Origin: a virus
Strand: one strand, 5' to 3'
UHGV virus genome: UHGV-1372779
Length of the DNA stretch: 64,000 bases
Shown here: piece after piece, positions 10,186-20,589 of the stretch
Layout: each line of letters begins with the position of its first letter
Position numbering within the stretch: the first letter of the stretch is position 1
The notes under the pieces: generated by a model
What the model was told of the DNA's origin: nothing
The model's input: only the letters and a program-made list of their open reading frames with translations
Databases searched by the model: none
Translations under genes and position numbers: made by a program

Positions 10186-13100
10186 TTATTTATAGATTAA
10201 GTTCATTGTCTGGAATGACTTTGTTCCGTTATTTCCTATAGAAGACAGGCACTTAGAGATTAATGAATTAGTATTACTATCATTAATTATTGGAGCTATA
10301 TAAGCATTTAATTTATCACTTCTTCCTGCCCCCATAACAATTCCATTATTTCCACTAGAACTAAGTGTTAAAGTTTTTCCATTAACTATGAATAGAGTTT
10401 TAGTAAAACTTGATCCATTTTTAAAGTATAAATAATTATCAGCAGGAGCACTCTCATTTAAATCATGATTATAATCAGTTAATTCTCCCACTATTCCAGA
10501 AATAGTCATGGTATCTCCATCTTTTATTAGATAAAATTTAGATCCTAATAAATCAAACTCTTCGTTAATAGATAAATTAAATTCAAAGCTATCTTTATTA
10601 TAAAAATTACCAGTGAAATATTTGTCATTAGAATTAAATACTAAACCTATATTTGTAATTTCATCTTTCAAAATTATATTTTTTAAAGATTCATAAAAGT
10701 CTTCGTTTAAGGAAGTTTTATTGTTTTTAAACATAGTGACAATCTCAAATCCAGAAACGTTACATTTAGCTATACCTATATTTTTGAATAAAAACTTAGT
10801 ACTCAAGCTAGGAGAGTGTTGCACTTTCGTATTTATATCTGGGACATACATTTCTACTTCCTGAGAACTATTTTGTTGTACATAGGATAATTCGTAAAAC
10901 TTATTTGCAAATGAGCTTATAGCGTTACTCATTCTTAAATCCTTAACAACATCATTATCTACTAGATAGAAATCTGAAGAAATTCCATAATTAGCTTCAC
11001 TATAACTACTAAATTTTCCTTTCACAAAAGGAACTATTCTTACATAGTTTTGAGTATTATATTTACTTTTTTCTCCTATTTCTGGAACATCATACGTTAC
11101 CTTATTTCTAAACGAAGAAGCCCTTCCCCATGCTCCTTTTTTTCCATTTTTATTTTGTATAGCCAAATTAGCAAATATAAAAGGTTTTTGCATACCAGAG
11201 AAAATTCCCTGCTGACTTGTTTTTACAGATACAACCCCATTTTTTTGAATATCTGATTCAGATTTTGGATTTCCTTTTATTCCTGATGCTCCATCAGAAT
11301 CTACTCCAGCAAATTGATCCAAACTGTAAGTGGCTTTATAGAGAGTAGATCCACTTTTTATACTATGAATCTCTAATCTGAAAAAATCATCTTGATGAAT
11401 ACAGTTATTTTGAAAATCCTCTCCACTATCATATATTTGTTTATACTCATTTAAATATTTTGTGAATTTACTTAATCCGCTGTTACATTGTATAGCTCTA
11501 TTTGATCTAAGATTAATATTTACATTAAACTTTGTCCCAGATTCGGCAATAGGTGTACCTTTAGATATAGTAGTGTTTATGCTTTCTACCTCAGATCCGG
11601 TAGCCAAATCCGTGTTATTATCCTCCTCTATAGAGACTCCGCTCACTGAGACCTCTTTAGGATTTAGAATAGCTTGTCCAAATTTTAATTCCCCATATCC
11701 TTTCAGTACTGTATTGTTTGGAACTATGTTAGCTTGAAATGTTTTACTAATTTCACCCTTTACCAATATTCTAGTATTGTACTTAGGAGAACTACTTTTC
11801 TCTGGATCTATAACTATTTCATCATAACTTTGATAAGAATAATTTTCTAAATCAGTTTTAGATAATGCTGCAGGAAGCAGATTTTCCTCACTCCAAGCTG
11901 CTTGAGTAGAGGTAGACTCCATAGAAACAAAATTAGGTATGGATAATGTATTAAAATTCACATCATCTTCCCAGTATTTGTTAAATACCCCAGTAGTCCA
12001 TAAAAAGTTATAAGAAACATACTTATGACACTTTAATTCTTCTTCATTGTTATAAAAATCTAATCCTACTATAGCAACAACATAAAAATTATTCTTCCTT
12101 AACTTACTATTTTCTTTACCTAGATTTATCCCTAAATTATTATACCTAGTTGTATTTCCAAATAGACTCTCTACTTTATAAGCTACTGGTATATTATAGT
12201 TAGAATTAAGTTTCTTAGATAATGTATCTAGATCAGTATACCCAGATGAGTCATCATTATCTATTTTCCCTAAAGCAGCATTATATACTTCTTTATAAGT
12301 TTTATCTATTAATACATAATAATCATTTGATGTTACTAAAGATTGATCAAGTCCCCCTGTTGAGGTCATTTCTGGATTTTGTCCAACAAAACAATCTAAG
12401 GTTATGGTTTTTACATCTTTAATATCAGTAGAGTAGAACATAGAAGTATTACTTATAATATCATAAAACTCTATATAAACAGCATCTACTTTATTTCTTT
12501 GATTCTTAGTCCCTCTAACTATAAACTCATAGAATATTCTCATTTTATCAGAAGTTATCTCAGAATCTAAAGATTCATCTAAATAGTACTTCCAGAATGT
12601 GGATTCCTGAGCTGTAGTTAGTATATTATAATTTATAATATTAGAATATTTTAGATTGGATAGGTAGCCAAATGCAGAATAAGGTTTTATTTCCAGTGAA
12701 ATATTCTTATCTATGTCTTTATTAGATATAGTATGTTCTATTTCAACATGTTCTGCTCCATAAGATACATTGGAAGAACCTGAAAAAACCCCTTCTATAT
12801 TTTCTGTTGTTAAATATTTTTGATCTGCCTCTGCTAATTCAGAATCTAAATCATCAACTTTTACTTCTAGACCAATCACATTATTCATACATTGATTAGT
12901 CACATCAGAAGATGCTTCTATGTCAAAGCTGAATGTATTTGCATCTATTGCATCTTTATGTATATTAGTTATATCTAACGAAAAATTATCTACCTGTTCT
13001 AATTCCAAGGATAACATTAGATAACCATTTAGTTTATTATTATAAACAGCATATAAACTTCCTTCTGAATCATTTAATAACTCTGATTTAGTATAATAGA

Positions 13101-13746
13101 ATGATCCATTGCTTGTACTGAATCTTGGCACTATTTCTTTAACAGATTCACTATATCCAGAGGAGGTTACTCTTAGTAATTTAAATTTAAACAGTCTCCT
13201 TTTTATTAACTGACCTCCACTATATATTTCTAATAGTTTTTCAAAGTTTTGAATTCCCTTGAAATCATCTTCTCCAAGATATATGGCAAACTTATCTCCT
13301 GGCCTTAGTATTTGTTCTGCTAATTCATTATCTATTCTAAAATCTAAATTTAATGTAGTATTAGTTATTCCTTCACTTTTATTGTCAGAATATAGATTGT
13401 CTAATCTTAGTACAGTTTGGGGAGCTTTTTCTATATCAGTAGTTCTAAATATAGTTCTTTCTGGAGAAGGAAAACTTCCAATTTCACATTCTCCTGTAAA
13501 GGGATTCTGTGATACTATATAAATAACTCCTCCATATTCTTTCATTCCTATAGGAATAAAATCCTTTGGAAGTTTACATCCATCTATAGCAGCATTACCA
13601 TCATCACTCTGTAGAACAAATTCATTACCATCATAAGTAATCAATGTTCCATTTAAACAATCTGTTAATACTGAATTTGGAGTAGTTAATGGTTGCATAT
13701 CCATTAACATTCCATCATTAAATGTATTATTAGCTATTTGTCTCAT
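10186..13746 (-). CDS. Large virion structural protein (1186 aa).
   Basis: Long ORF whose stop and start abut the next gene (10184/10186). Confidence 0.6.
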   Translation of the reverse strand: MRQIANNTFNDGMLMDMQPLTTPNSVLTDCLNGTLITYDGNEFVLQSDDGNAAIDGCKLPKDFIPIGMKEYGGVIYIVSQNPFTGECEIGSFPSPERTIFRTTDIEKAPQTVLRLDNLYSDNKSEGITNTTLNLDFRIDNELAEQILRPGDKFAIYLGEDDFKGIQNFEKLLEIYSGGQLIKRRLFKFKLLRVTSSGYSESVKEIVPRFSTSNGSFYYTKSELLNDSEGSLYAVYNNKLNGYLMLSLELEQVDNFSLDITNIHKDAIDANTFSFDIEASSDVTNQCMNNVIGLEVKVDDLDSELAEADQKYLTTENIEGVFSGSSNVSYGAEHVEIEHTISNKDIDKNISLEIKPYSAFGYLSNLKYSNIINYNILTTAQESTFWKYYLDESLDSEITSDKMRIFYEFIVRGTKNQRNKVDAVYIEFYDIISNTSMFYSTDIKDVKTITLDCFVGQNPEMTSTGGLDQSLVTSNDYYVLIDKTYKEVYNAALGKIDNDDSSGYTDLDTLSKKLNSNYNIPVAYKVESLFGNTTRYNNLGINLGKENSKLRKNNFYVVAIVGLDFYNNEEELKCHKYVSYNFLWTTGVFNKYWEDDVNFNTLSIPNFVSMESTSTQAAWSEENLLPAALSKTDLENYSYQSYDEIVIDPEKSSSPKYNTRILVKGEISKTFQANIVPNNTVLKGYGELKFGQAILNPKEVSVSGVSIEEDNNTDLATGSEVESINTTISKGTPIAESGTKFNVNINLRSNRAIQCNSGLSKFTKYLNEYKQIYDSGEDFQNNCIHQDDFFRLEIHSIKSGSTLYKATYSLDQFAGVDSDGASGIKGNPKSESDIQKNGVVSVKTSQQGIFSGMQKPFIFANLAIQNKNGKKGAWGRASSFRNKVTYDVPEIGEKSKYNTQNYVRIVPFVKGKFSSYSEANYGISSDFYLVDNDVVKDLRMSNAISSFANKFYELSYVQQNSSQEVEMYVPDINTKVQHSPSLSTKFLFKNIGIAKCNVSGFEIVTMFKNNKTSLNEDFYESLKNIILKDEITNIGLVFNSNDKYFTGNFYNKDSFEFNLSINEEFDLLGSKFYLIKDGDTMTISGIVGELTDYNHDLNESAPADNYLYFKNGSSFTKTLFIVNGKTLTLSSSGNNGIVMGAGRSDKLNAYIAPIINDSNTNSLISKCLSSIGNNGTKSFQTMNLIYK

Positions 13747-14405
13747 TAATATTCTCTTAATTTATCAGTTTTATACTCATTTATCATACTCTCATAACCA
13801 TCAAAAGTCCTTTTGGCTATGTATTCAGCCTTATTAGACTTATAACCTTGCCTCACTTGTTTATGTCCCATCATAGCTAACATGGGAACTCTAAAAAAGT
13901 GAGTATATTTTATATTTAATTTACATTCATCAAACACTTTAAATAGAACTATATCTCCATAATTGAACTCAGTTCTATTATATCTTTTCTTTCTCTTTTC
14001 TGGATTTTTAAACCAAGGATTCATTTGTGATTCATAATTCTCAAATTGGGAGTCTGTTAATCCAAAGTAATAATATCCATCCCATTTAATTTTTCTTCTC
14101 TTATATAATATTTTAAACTTTAATGATACTTTCTTAAGAATATACCTAACCTTATGAGCTAGACTTTGAAAATTTATTCTTCCAAATAGTAATTTAAAGT
14201 TCTGATTATTTATTTTGCTAATAAAAAATACATCTGCATTCCTATAAATTAGTTTATAAAGATTTCTACTTCCATATTTAATGATATAATCTAAATCTTC
14301 TATACTAAATTCAGGAAACTTTTCTTGTAATTCATGGACATAATCATTATATCTTGTATATCCCTTTTTCTTATCCGTAAACTTTTCCATTATTGATATT
14401 ATCAA
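13746..14405 (-). CDS. Hypothetical protein (219 aa).
   Basis: ORF track. Confidence 0.4.
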   Translation of the reverse strand: MIISIMEKFTDKKKGYTRYNDYVHELQEKFPEFSIEDLDYIIKYGSRNLYKLIYRNADVFFISKINNQNFKLLFGRINFQSLAHKVRYILKKVSLKFKILYKRRKIKWDGYYYFGLTDSQFENYESQMNPWFKNPEKRKKRYNRTEFNYGDIVLFKVFDECKLNIKYTHFFRVPMLAMMGHKQVRQGYKSNKAEYIAKRTFDGYESMINEYKTDKLREY

Positions 14406-14892
14406 AAAATTCTTTATTCAAGGAATAATTTAATATAACCTCTTTTGTTTTAATTTCCTTTTTTCTATATTCATAAAAAAGAGTTATCCTAGGAAGTACA
14501 AATCCAGAGCCTATATAGTCATACATTTCTGAATCTTTTCTTCTTACATACTCTTTTAATTTTTGTCCTTCTAATATTTTAATTCCTAAAATGAAGGTTC
14601 TTCTTATTGGGAATATAAAAGTAATATTATTTCTGATAATATCCAAGATAATTAGATATAAAAAGTAAATAAAAACTCTACAACAGATATTTCTTGTATT
14701 TACATGTTGTCCATATCTATGTTGTAGAGCTTTTCTCTTAACCGATAACTTTTTTATATCAAAATCTTCGAATAGTTCCTCTGCATTGAAATAGTATTTA
14801 ACAAGACTTGATATAAAATTATTATTTTTCATATTATCTAACTGGTTTGTATGATTTACCGTAAGTCTTTCTATCAAATGAGAATTGAGCAT
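14371..14892 (-). CDS. Hypothetical protein (173 aa); overlaps the downstream gene by 35 nt.
   Basis: ORF track. Confidence 0.4.
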   Translation of the reverse strand: MLNSHLIERLTVNHTNQLDNMKNNNFISSLVKYYFNAEELFEDFDIKKLSVKRKALQHRYGQHVNTRNICCRVFIYFLYLIILDIIRNNITFIFPIRRTFILGIKILEGQKLKEYVRRKDSEMYDYIGSGFVLPRITLFYEYRKKEIKTKEVILNYSLNKEFFDNINNGKVYG

Positions 14893-15523
14893 CTAATATC
14901 TTATCTACATCATTTTGTGATAATTTATCAGGAGTTCTTGCTCTCTCACATAATCTTCCCCATTCCATTTGAATATCTTTAGCTATTTGCATAGCATTTT
15001 GATCTCTGTTGGCTATGCCTTGTTTATATAACATTGTATAAGCACAATAAGCTGCAATAGCTTCTGCTTCTTTATCACTTATAAATGGAAGTCCTTCTGG
15101 ATCTAACTTCTCTGCTCTATATAATAATAATACATTATGATAATCTCTATCAAAATATAAAGTATCCCCTGATTGATAATATTTAAGAAGTCTTCCATCA
15201 TCATATAATATTGACTCATTAATTTTCCAATAATTTATATATCTCTCAATAAAGCTACTGGCAATTTGAGGAAACCTTTGTAAATTGGAAGTCATTACCA
15301 TATTTGGGAAGTCAGCAAATACTGCTTCTATACTTAATATATCACAAGGAAGTTGCACTTCTCCATTTTTAACATCTAATATAATTCCTTTCACTTCTGT
15401 ATTTCTGTTACCTATTTTAGTATAAGCAATCATTCCTACAGTTGTAAATTCATTCTGATCCATTGTTAGACCATATTTAGCACTTATATATGTATAAGCT
15501 ACATTAAAGTTTAGTGTTTTCAT
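14834..15523 (-). CDS. Hypothetical protein (229 aa).
   Basis: ORF track. Confidence 0.45.
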   Translation of the reverse strand: MKTLNFNVAYTYISAKYGLTMDQNEFTTVGMIAYTKIGNRNTEVKGIILDVKNGEVQLPCDILSIEAVFADFPNMVMTSNLQRFPQIASSFIERYINYWKINESILYDDGRLLKYYQSGDTLYFDRDYHNVLLLYRAEKLDPEGLPFISDKEAEAIAAYCAYTMLYKQGIANRDQNAMQIAKDIQMEWGRLCERARTPDKLSQNDVDKILDAQFSFDRKTYGKSYKPVR

Positions 15524-15676
15524 TATATCCTTTTAATATTTTAGAATAATGATATTTTCCACATTTAGAGCACTTCCAAATTGATCTTGAATTTAATAGA
15601 TTGACCTCATCTCCATATATATTCCTAATAAATATATTATAATTATGTTTACAAAATAATTGTTTTAAAAATTTCA

Positions 15677-16393
15677 TTATCTTGGAGGAGTTTGGTGATC
15701 AAGGTTTATTGGAGTTGCTAATTGGCGATACCATCTGACTTTTTTCTCTGTTAACCTTCTCTTGATATCATTAGCTATAGAATTGAAGTTTATAACATCT
15801 CCATTATTACAACAAGAGAATCCCAAGACTTGTCTAGGATCTTTAAATACCGCTATAATTGTTACTGTTTTTAATAAAGGAACATTAAACAAGTAACAAT
15901 CATACATATTATTTTCATTAGGTGTAGTATCTATATAAACATAAGGTTTTCTTCCTACCCATCTATCATATTTGTGATATTGATAAGATATATCAGTATA
16001 TACCTTAAATGGAGTTTCTCTATCAATAGTCCCAAAATAATCCACAGCTAAAGATCCTAAATCATTCACAATTTGTGGAATCTCTACATGGGGAATCTCA
16101 GTTTGTTTAAATTTAGATCCTATCCCACATATTCCACATTTTTCTATAGGCTTACAATCTACTTCTAAACATGTTATTGAGGTATATAAATCTTTATATG
16201 GAACTAATCCTTTAATAGCATATTCTTTAATAATAGTAAGCCTCTCATCTATTATATCATCCTCTAACTGTTCCATAGAAATTCTAGGATTAGAGGATAA
16301 TCCAGATAATCCAGCTATTATATCATTATATATAGCACTAGATAATTTGTTTAGCCAATCAATTTGCATATTAGTATATAAAATTAAAGGCAA
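15677..16393 (-). CDS. Hypothetical protein (238 aa).
   Basis: ORF track. Confidence 0.45.
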   Translation of the reverse strand: MPLILYTNMQIDWLNKLSSAIYNDIIAGLSGLSSNPRISMEQLEDDIIDERLTIIKEYAIKGLVPYKDLYTSITCLEVDCKPIEKCGICGIGSKFKQTEIPHVEIPQIVNDLGSLAVDYFGTIDRETPFKVYTDISYQYHKYDRWVGRKPYVYIDTTPNENNMYDCYLFNVPLLKTVTIIAVFKDPRQVLGFSCCNNGDVINFNSIANDIKRRLTEKKVRWYRQLATPINLDHQTPPR

Positions 16394-16425
16394 GCAGGAA
16401 GTTAATCCCGCCTGCCTTATTAATT
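16390..16425 (-). terminator. Possible terminator hairpin (GGCAGGCGGG...CTGCTTGCC followed by TTTAATTTT) after the Ig-domain structural gene.
   Basis: A GC-rich imperfect stem stands out in AT-rich DNA, but the T tract is weak. Confidence 0.3.
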
Positions 16426-16448
16426 AAAATAGTTCTCTTCTCAAAAGA

Positions 16449-17600
16449 TTAGGTTGTTACAGTTACATCAACTGCTTTGAAGTTTCCATCTTCACCACTT
16501 ACAACTACTTGAGTTTCCCCTACTTCAACACCAGTGATAGTTTTATCATCAACAGTAGCTACTTTCTCATCAAGTGACTCTGTGTAGTACATACCACCAG
16601 CAGGATTTGTAGTAATGGTTAGAACGGCTGTATTACCTTTCTGTACAGTTACAGTTTCTGGAGAAACAGTTAAAGATTTAACTTCCAAATCTATATTATC
16701 AACAATAACATCAGCTGAGCTAAGCATTGCATCAAATTCTTCAACAAGATCATCATTTACCCACATAATGTGTTTAGTAATAGATACTAATTCTTCTCCT
16801 ACAGCTCCCATACCAGTAATATCTCTATGATGTCTATAATCTAATACATATTGAGTATAACTTGCTCCAGGTATTAGTCTAGTATCATCATTATCTTGAG
16901 AGAATATATCTGTTCTGTTGCTATTTTGGATTTGGATGTTTTTAAGCATTGTCCAATAAGTTCCAAAGCCTTCTTTACCATCAACTTTAGTATCAGCATC
17001 ATATTTAACTAATGTTCTCCAAACTGGCTCAACTGGATAATAAGTACCTAAAGCAGCAGTATTCCAGTTTACTAATTCTTGTACTTCTACATTATAGAAA
17101 TATTGGAATTCATCTTCACCAGAAAGAACAATAGTAGTTCCTCCATCTGTTTTTAATTTAAAGTTAATAACAAGATTATCATATAAGAAATCTTGATCTT
17201 TTAAGATCTCTACAAATTCTGCAGCTATTCCCTTAGCAGTATCATCTTTAGTGATGGTTAAGTTAGCTACAATAGGTCTTGCTTTAACTCTACTATTATA
17301 AGTAGAATAATCAGATCTAACTGAGCCTCTTCTTCTTACTTCTACCATTAATCTAATATTCTTTACTTCTCCAACCTGTGTAGGAATTATAGAATCAGGA
17401 ATAGTGATTTCGATAGAAGGTTTAATTGGTTGAGACGATGGGGTTTTATAGACAGTTCTATTTACAATATGGTTAGCTTCAAAAGTTCCATATCTATAGA
17501 TTCTAAAGCCACTCCCCTTTGGCAATTTTTCAAATTTTGGTCTGCCGCTATAAGCGTCGATCGCGGAATTAATTAATCGTTCGTTTACAAATTCAAACAT
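16449..17600 (-). CDS. Virion structural protein with a C-terminal bacterial Ig-like (Big_2-type) domain. It could be a major tail/tube or decoration protein, or an alternative major-capsid candidate.
   Basis: The C-terminal ~75 aa (VSPETVTVQKGNTAVLTITTNPAG...VSGEDGNFKAVDVTVT) match the Big_2 pattern; a hairpin follows the gene. Confidence 0.55.
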   Translation of the reverse strand: MFEFVNERLINSAIDAYSGRPKFEKLPKGSGFRIYRYGTFEANHIVNRTVYKTPSSQPIKPSIEITIPDSIIPTQVGEVKNIRLMVEVRRRGSVRSDYSTYNSRVKARPIVANLTITKDDTAKGIAAEFVEILKDQDFLYDNLVINFKLKTDGGTTIVLSGEDEFQYFYNVEVQELVNWNTAALGTYYPVEPVWRTLVKYDADTKVDGKEGFGTYWTMLKNIQIQNSNRTDIFSQDNDDTRLIPGASYTQYVLDYRHHRDITGMGAVGEELVSITKHIMWVNDDLVEEFDAMLSSADVIVDNIDLEVKSLTVSPETVTVQKGNTAVLTITTNPAGGMYYTESLDEKVATVDDKTITGVEVGETQVVVSGEDGNFKAVDVTVTT

Positions 17601-17648
17601 TGTTTTAATTTTTAAAAGTTAATAATATTATCTCACGCATAAATTTAT

Positions 17649-18680
17649 TTATCTTCTAGATCCTTGTTGCTCTTGTTGCACTCCAGCAGGAGGTGCTATT
17701 GTGTTATTAATAGCTGCATTAGTTTGCAGTCTAGGATCAGAATAGTTTTCTAATAATAATTTTACTAAAGTATGCAAAATCTCCTGACAAATATACTCTG
17801 GGAATTCTAAAACCTGAGAAGTATCTATATCCATATCAAATTGTCTTTGAGATAATCTGATATATTGAGGAGTTTTTAAATAGTCAATATATATATTAAC
17901 TACCTTAAATACATCAGTTGCTCCAACTCTTATTTGTAATAATACATTATTATAAGCATCATTTAATATTTGTCTAGCAATATCTGGTGTATCTGCTTTA
18001 ATTAATTTTTCTTTTACTTCTGACTCTATTTCTACACTTTCAAAATCTTCAGCTAGTCTTGATTTATATTTAGTATTTACTTGACCTTTTTGATCAGAGG
18101 TCAAGGCTCTATATATAATATCTAAGGTACTACCCTTCATTCTACTTTTCTCAATGTCTGAAAAATCTTCATCTTGATAATCTATCAAGTGTAAATAGTT
18201 TTTCCAAACTCCATTTGAGTAAGAATTATTTATAATATAGAAATAGGGTGTTCTGTAACTAGGTCTAAAATAAGCATTATTTATTGCATCTGAATTAATC
18301 TCTCCAGTTGCTCTTATTGCTTTATTAGTCCATTTTTGCCCCTTATCATAGCATCTCCAAGTATGCAAAAGTTCAAATTGGACTTGACAAGAAATGAGAT
18401 GATAATAATTTTCTGGGAGTCTTACTTCATATATAGTTCCCATATTATCTTCTTCACTTAGGCTTATATTATTGTCAGTTACAGGAATTTTTATAAAATC
18501 TTTTAATACTCTAAGATCATCAGTTCTTTGCTGATCAGCATTATAGAAATTATAAATAGAATTTACAGTTTGTTGAATGGATTTATTAATAAAATAATTA
18601 TAATCTTCTATTAATAAATTAGGTGCTCCATTTTTCTTAGTCTCAATTATTGCATACTGTAAAAGTTCTTTAACAGTCAT
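17649..18680 (-). CDS. Hypothetical structural protein (343 aa).
   Basis: ORF track; position within the head/tail module. Confidence 0.45.
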   Translation of the reverse strand: MTVKELLQYAIIETKKNGAPNLLIEDYNYFINKSIQQTVNSIYNFYNADQQRTDDLRVLKDFIKIPVTDNNISLSEEDNMGTIYEVRLPENYYHLISCQVQFELLHTWRCYDKGQKWTNKAIRATGEINSDAINNAYFRPSYRTPYFYIINNSYSNGVWKNYLHLIDYQDEDFSDIEKSRMKGSTLDIIYRALTSDQKGQVNTKYKSRLAEDFESVEIESEVKEKLIKADTPDIARQILNDAYNNVLLQIRVGATDVFKVVNIYIDYLKTPQYIRLSQRQFDMDIDTSQVLEFPEYICQEILHTLVKLLLENYSDPRLQTNAAINNTIAPPAGVQQEQQGSRR

Positions 18681-18683
18681 TTA

Positions 18684-19610
18684 CTATTTATTTTTAGTTT
18701 TAGTAGCAGTGGCTGAAACAGTTTCTGCTTCTACTTCTGGAGCAGTTTTTTCAGCGGCTGAGGTTGTAGGATTGATGTCTTCTGCTGTAAATCCATCTTC
18801 TCCCATAGTAAGAGCTTCAGTTACTTCTTTAATAATTCTATCTGTTATTACTTTATTTTTAGGATCTTTGAAGAATCTTATACAGTCTTCCATAGTTCTA
18901 CCTATAACTGTGGTCTCATTATATATAAATAATCCACCCTTGTTTTGAAGAATATTTTTCTCTTTAGCTGTAATAAAGATAAGAGATAATTTCATGTCTG
19001 AGCCAGTATATAGGTTAATAATTTTCTCTGGATCTGTATTAGCTACATTTATAAGGAATTCTTCTATTTCTTCTCTCGTAGAAGTTTTTACAAAACATCC
19101 TAAGATCTTAGCTTTAACAGTTAATCCTGAAGCATTATCTCCATATATGTATGTTTTGGCCTTTACTTTTGTTCTTTCAAGCTGGTTTCTCTTCTTAGTC
19201 TCATCTACTATTCTTTCTACATAAAATAAAGAATTAGCAGGAGCAATATCTGAAGGCTCTTGAATTACTCTACCCTTTTCATCCAATTTACCTCTTGGAT
19301 CAAAAATTAATTCAGAAAATCTAATTGCTTCCCAATTAGCTTTTTGAATAGGATTAGTTAAATCAAAATCTGTTCCATTCTTTATTTCAAAACCATCAGT
19401 TTCTCTAATGAAATAATCAGCTTGATTATCATTTTTATCATAAATAATATCTCCTTTGGAATCTACTCTTCTTACACAAGAAGGGAATTCTCCTGTTAAA
19501 GGATTTCTTACTGGATAAATTTTAGCTCCAGCATGAGCAGGGCCGTGAAAACATCTTATATGTACATTTTCATTTAATTCATTTAAAATTTCAGCATTAT
19601 TCATAGTCAT
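18684..19610 (-). CDS. Hypothetical structural protein (308 aa).
   Basis: ORF track. Confidence 0.45.
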   Translation of the reverse strand: MTMNNAEILNELNENVHIRCFHGPAHAGAKIYPVRNPLTGEFPSCVRRVDSKGDIIYDKNDNQADYFIRETDGFEIKNGTDFDLTNPIQKANWEAIRFSELIFDPRGKLDEKGRVIQEPSDIAPANSLFYVERIVDETKKRNQLERTKVKAKTYIYGDNASGLTVKAKILGCFVKTSTREEIEEFLINVANTDPEKIINLYTGSDMKLSLIFITAKEKNILQNKGGLFIYNETTVIGRTMEDCIRFFKDPKNKVITDRIIKEVTEALTMGEDGFTAEDINPTTSAAEKTAPEVEAETVSATATKTKNK

Positions 19611-19611
19611 T

Positions 19612-19664
19612 TTATTTAATAGTATATAAATAAAAATCTGTAGAGAAGAATATGGTTATATTAT
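19612..19664 (-). terminator. Rho-independent terminator after the capsid-candidate gene. It has a 10-bp perfect inverted repeat (ATCTGTAGAGA...TCTCTACAGAT) followed by a T tract on the minus strand and is also T-rich on the plus side.
   Basis: Seen directly; it lies immediately 3' of the stop at 19688. Confidence 0.55.
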
Positions 19665-19687
19665 CTCTACAGATTTATCTTAAATTT

Positions 19688-20578
19688 TTATTTTCTTCTT
19701 CTGTTTTGTTTAAATATTACAGATCTATAAGGAGCATATACGGTGATTCCAGAATATCCCCAATAGATCATCTTAGATCCTGCAACTGGAGTAGAAGCAG
19801 TACCTCCCTCAAGACCAGTTAGACCTCCAACACCTTTAACATCAGTTTTGATCATATCAGCTCCCTTGAATGTCCAAGACTCAATAGCTGGTTTACCATT
19901 AGCTAAATCTGGTGTTAGATCTAGTATAAATCCAAATGCTTCATCTGGATACTCAACATCTAAAGTTCTATCAGGCATGAAGGTAATAAAGTTACCTGCA
20001 TATTCATAAGATGTAAATGTAGCTCCAACTCTAACTCCAGGAACACTTTCACCTATTGATTTCTTAGTTCCAGAAACTTTAGAATACATTAAAGTATTAG
20101 AAGGATTCCACTTAGCAATTTCATTCATCAAGTTGTCATTAACTTGTCTCCACATTAGAGAGTTACAAACAACAGTGAAATCATTACCAGTCAAGTTATC
20201 AGTCTTACTTGTCATGAAGTTAATTGCTTCCTTAAAGTGAGTTACTAATAACTGATCAAATGTGATAACATAAGCAAATCTTTCGATTTGTGGTATAATA
20301 CCATCACCAATATAAATTGGTCTGTTAGTTTCTGGATCTGTAATAGTAGGTTTACCATTAACGTCTACATTGGATCTAGCAAATAGATCATGCTTACTTT
20401 TAACTTCTAAGAAGTTATCAATTAAGGTTTTCTCCATACTAGTCATGGTAAAGTATCTTTCACTTCCATGAGTTTCAGTATCAGAGATTTTTAAGAATAC
20501 ATCCTCATTAGCTAAATAAGCTTGAGAAGCATCAATATCATTTCTGTGTAGAGTCAGATAATTACGATGCGTCTCCAT
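19688..20578 (-). CDS. Putative major capsid protein, exon 2 (ORF as given; the true 3' splice site is within about 40 nt upstream of 20578).
   Basis: It lies downstream of a group I intron whose S element and P9 sit at 20611-20643. The two exons sum to about 490 aa. A scaffold-like gene lies upstream and a strong terminator downstream. Confidence 0.45.
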   Translation of the reverse strand: METHRNYLTLHRNDIDASQAYLANEDVFLKISDTETHGSERYFTMTSMEKTLIDNFLEVKSKHDLFARSNVDVNGKPTITDPETNRPIYIGDGIIPQIERFAYVITFDQLLVTHFKEAINFMTSKTDNLTGNDFTVVCNSLMWRQVNDNLMNEIAKWNPSNTLMYSKVSGTKKSIGESVPGVRVGATFTSYEYAGNFITFMPDRTLDVEYPDEAFGFILDLTPDLANGKPAIESWTFKGADMIKTDVKGVGGLTGLEGGTASTPVAGSKMIYWGYSGITVYAPYRSVIFKQNRRRK

Positions 20579-20589
20579 GTTTGATTGGT

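Noticed and set aside
14371-14405. Programmed frameshift between the 173-aa and 219-aa ORFs (tail-chaperone-like arrangement)
   Set aside because: The overlap would require a +1 shift, and no canonical slippery heptamer sits in the right frame. Neither downstream large protein looks like a tape-measure protein.
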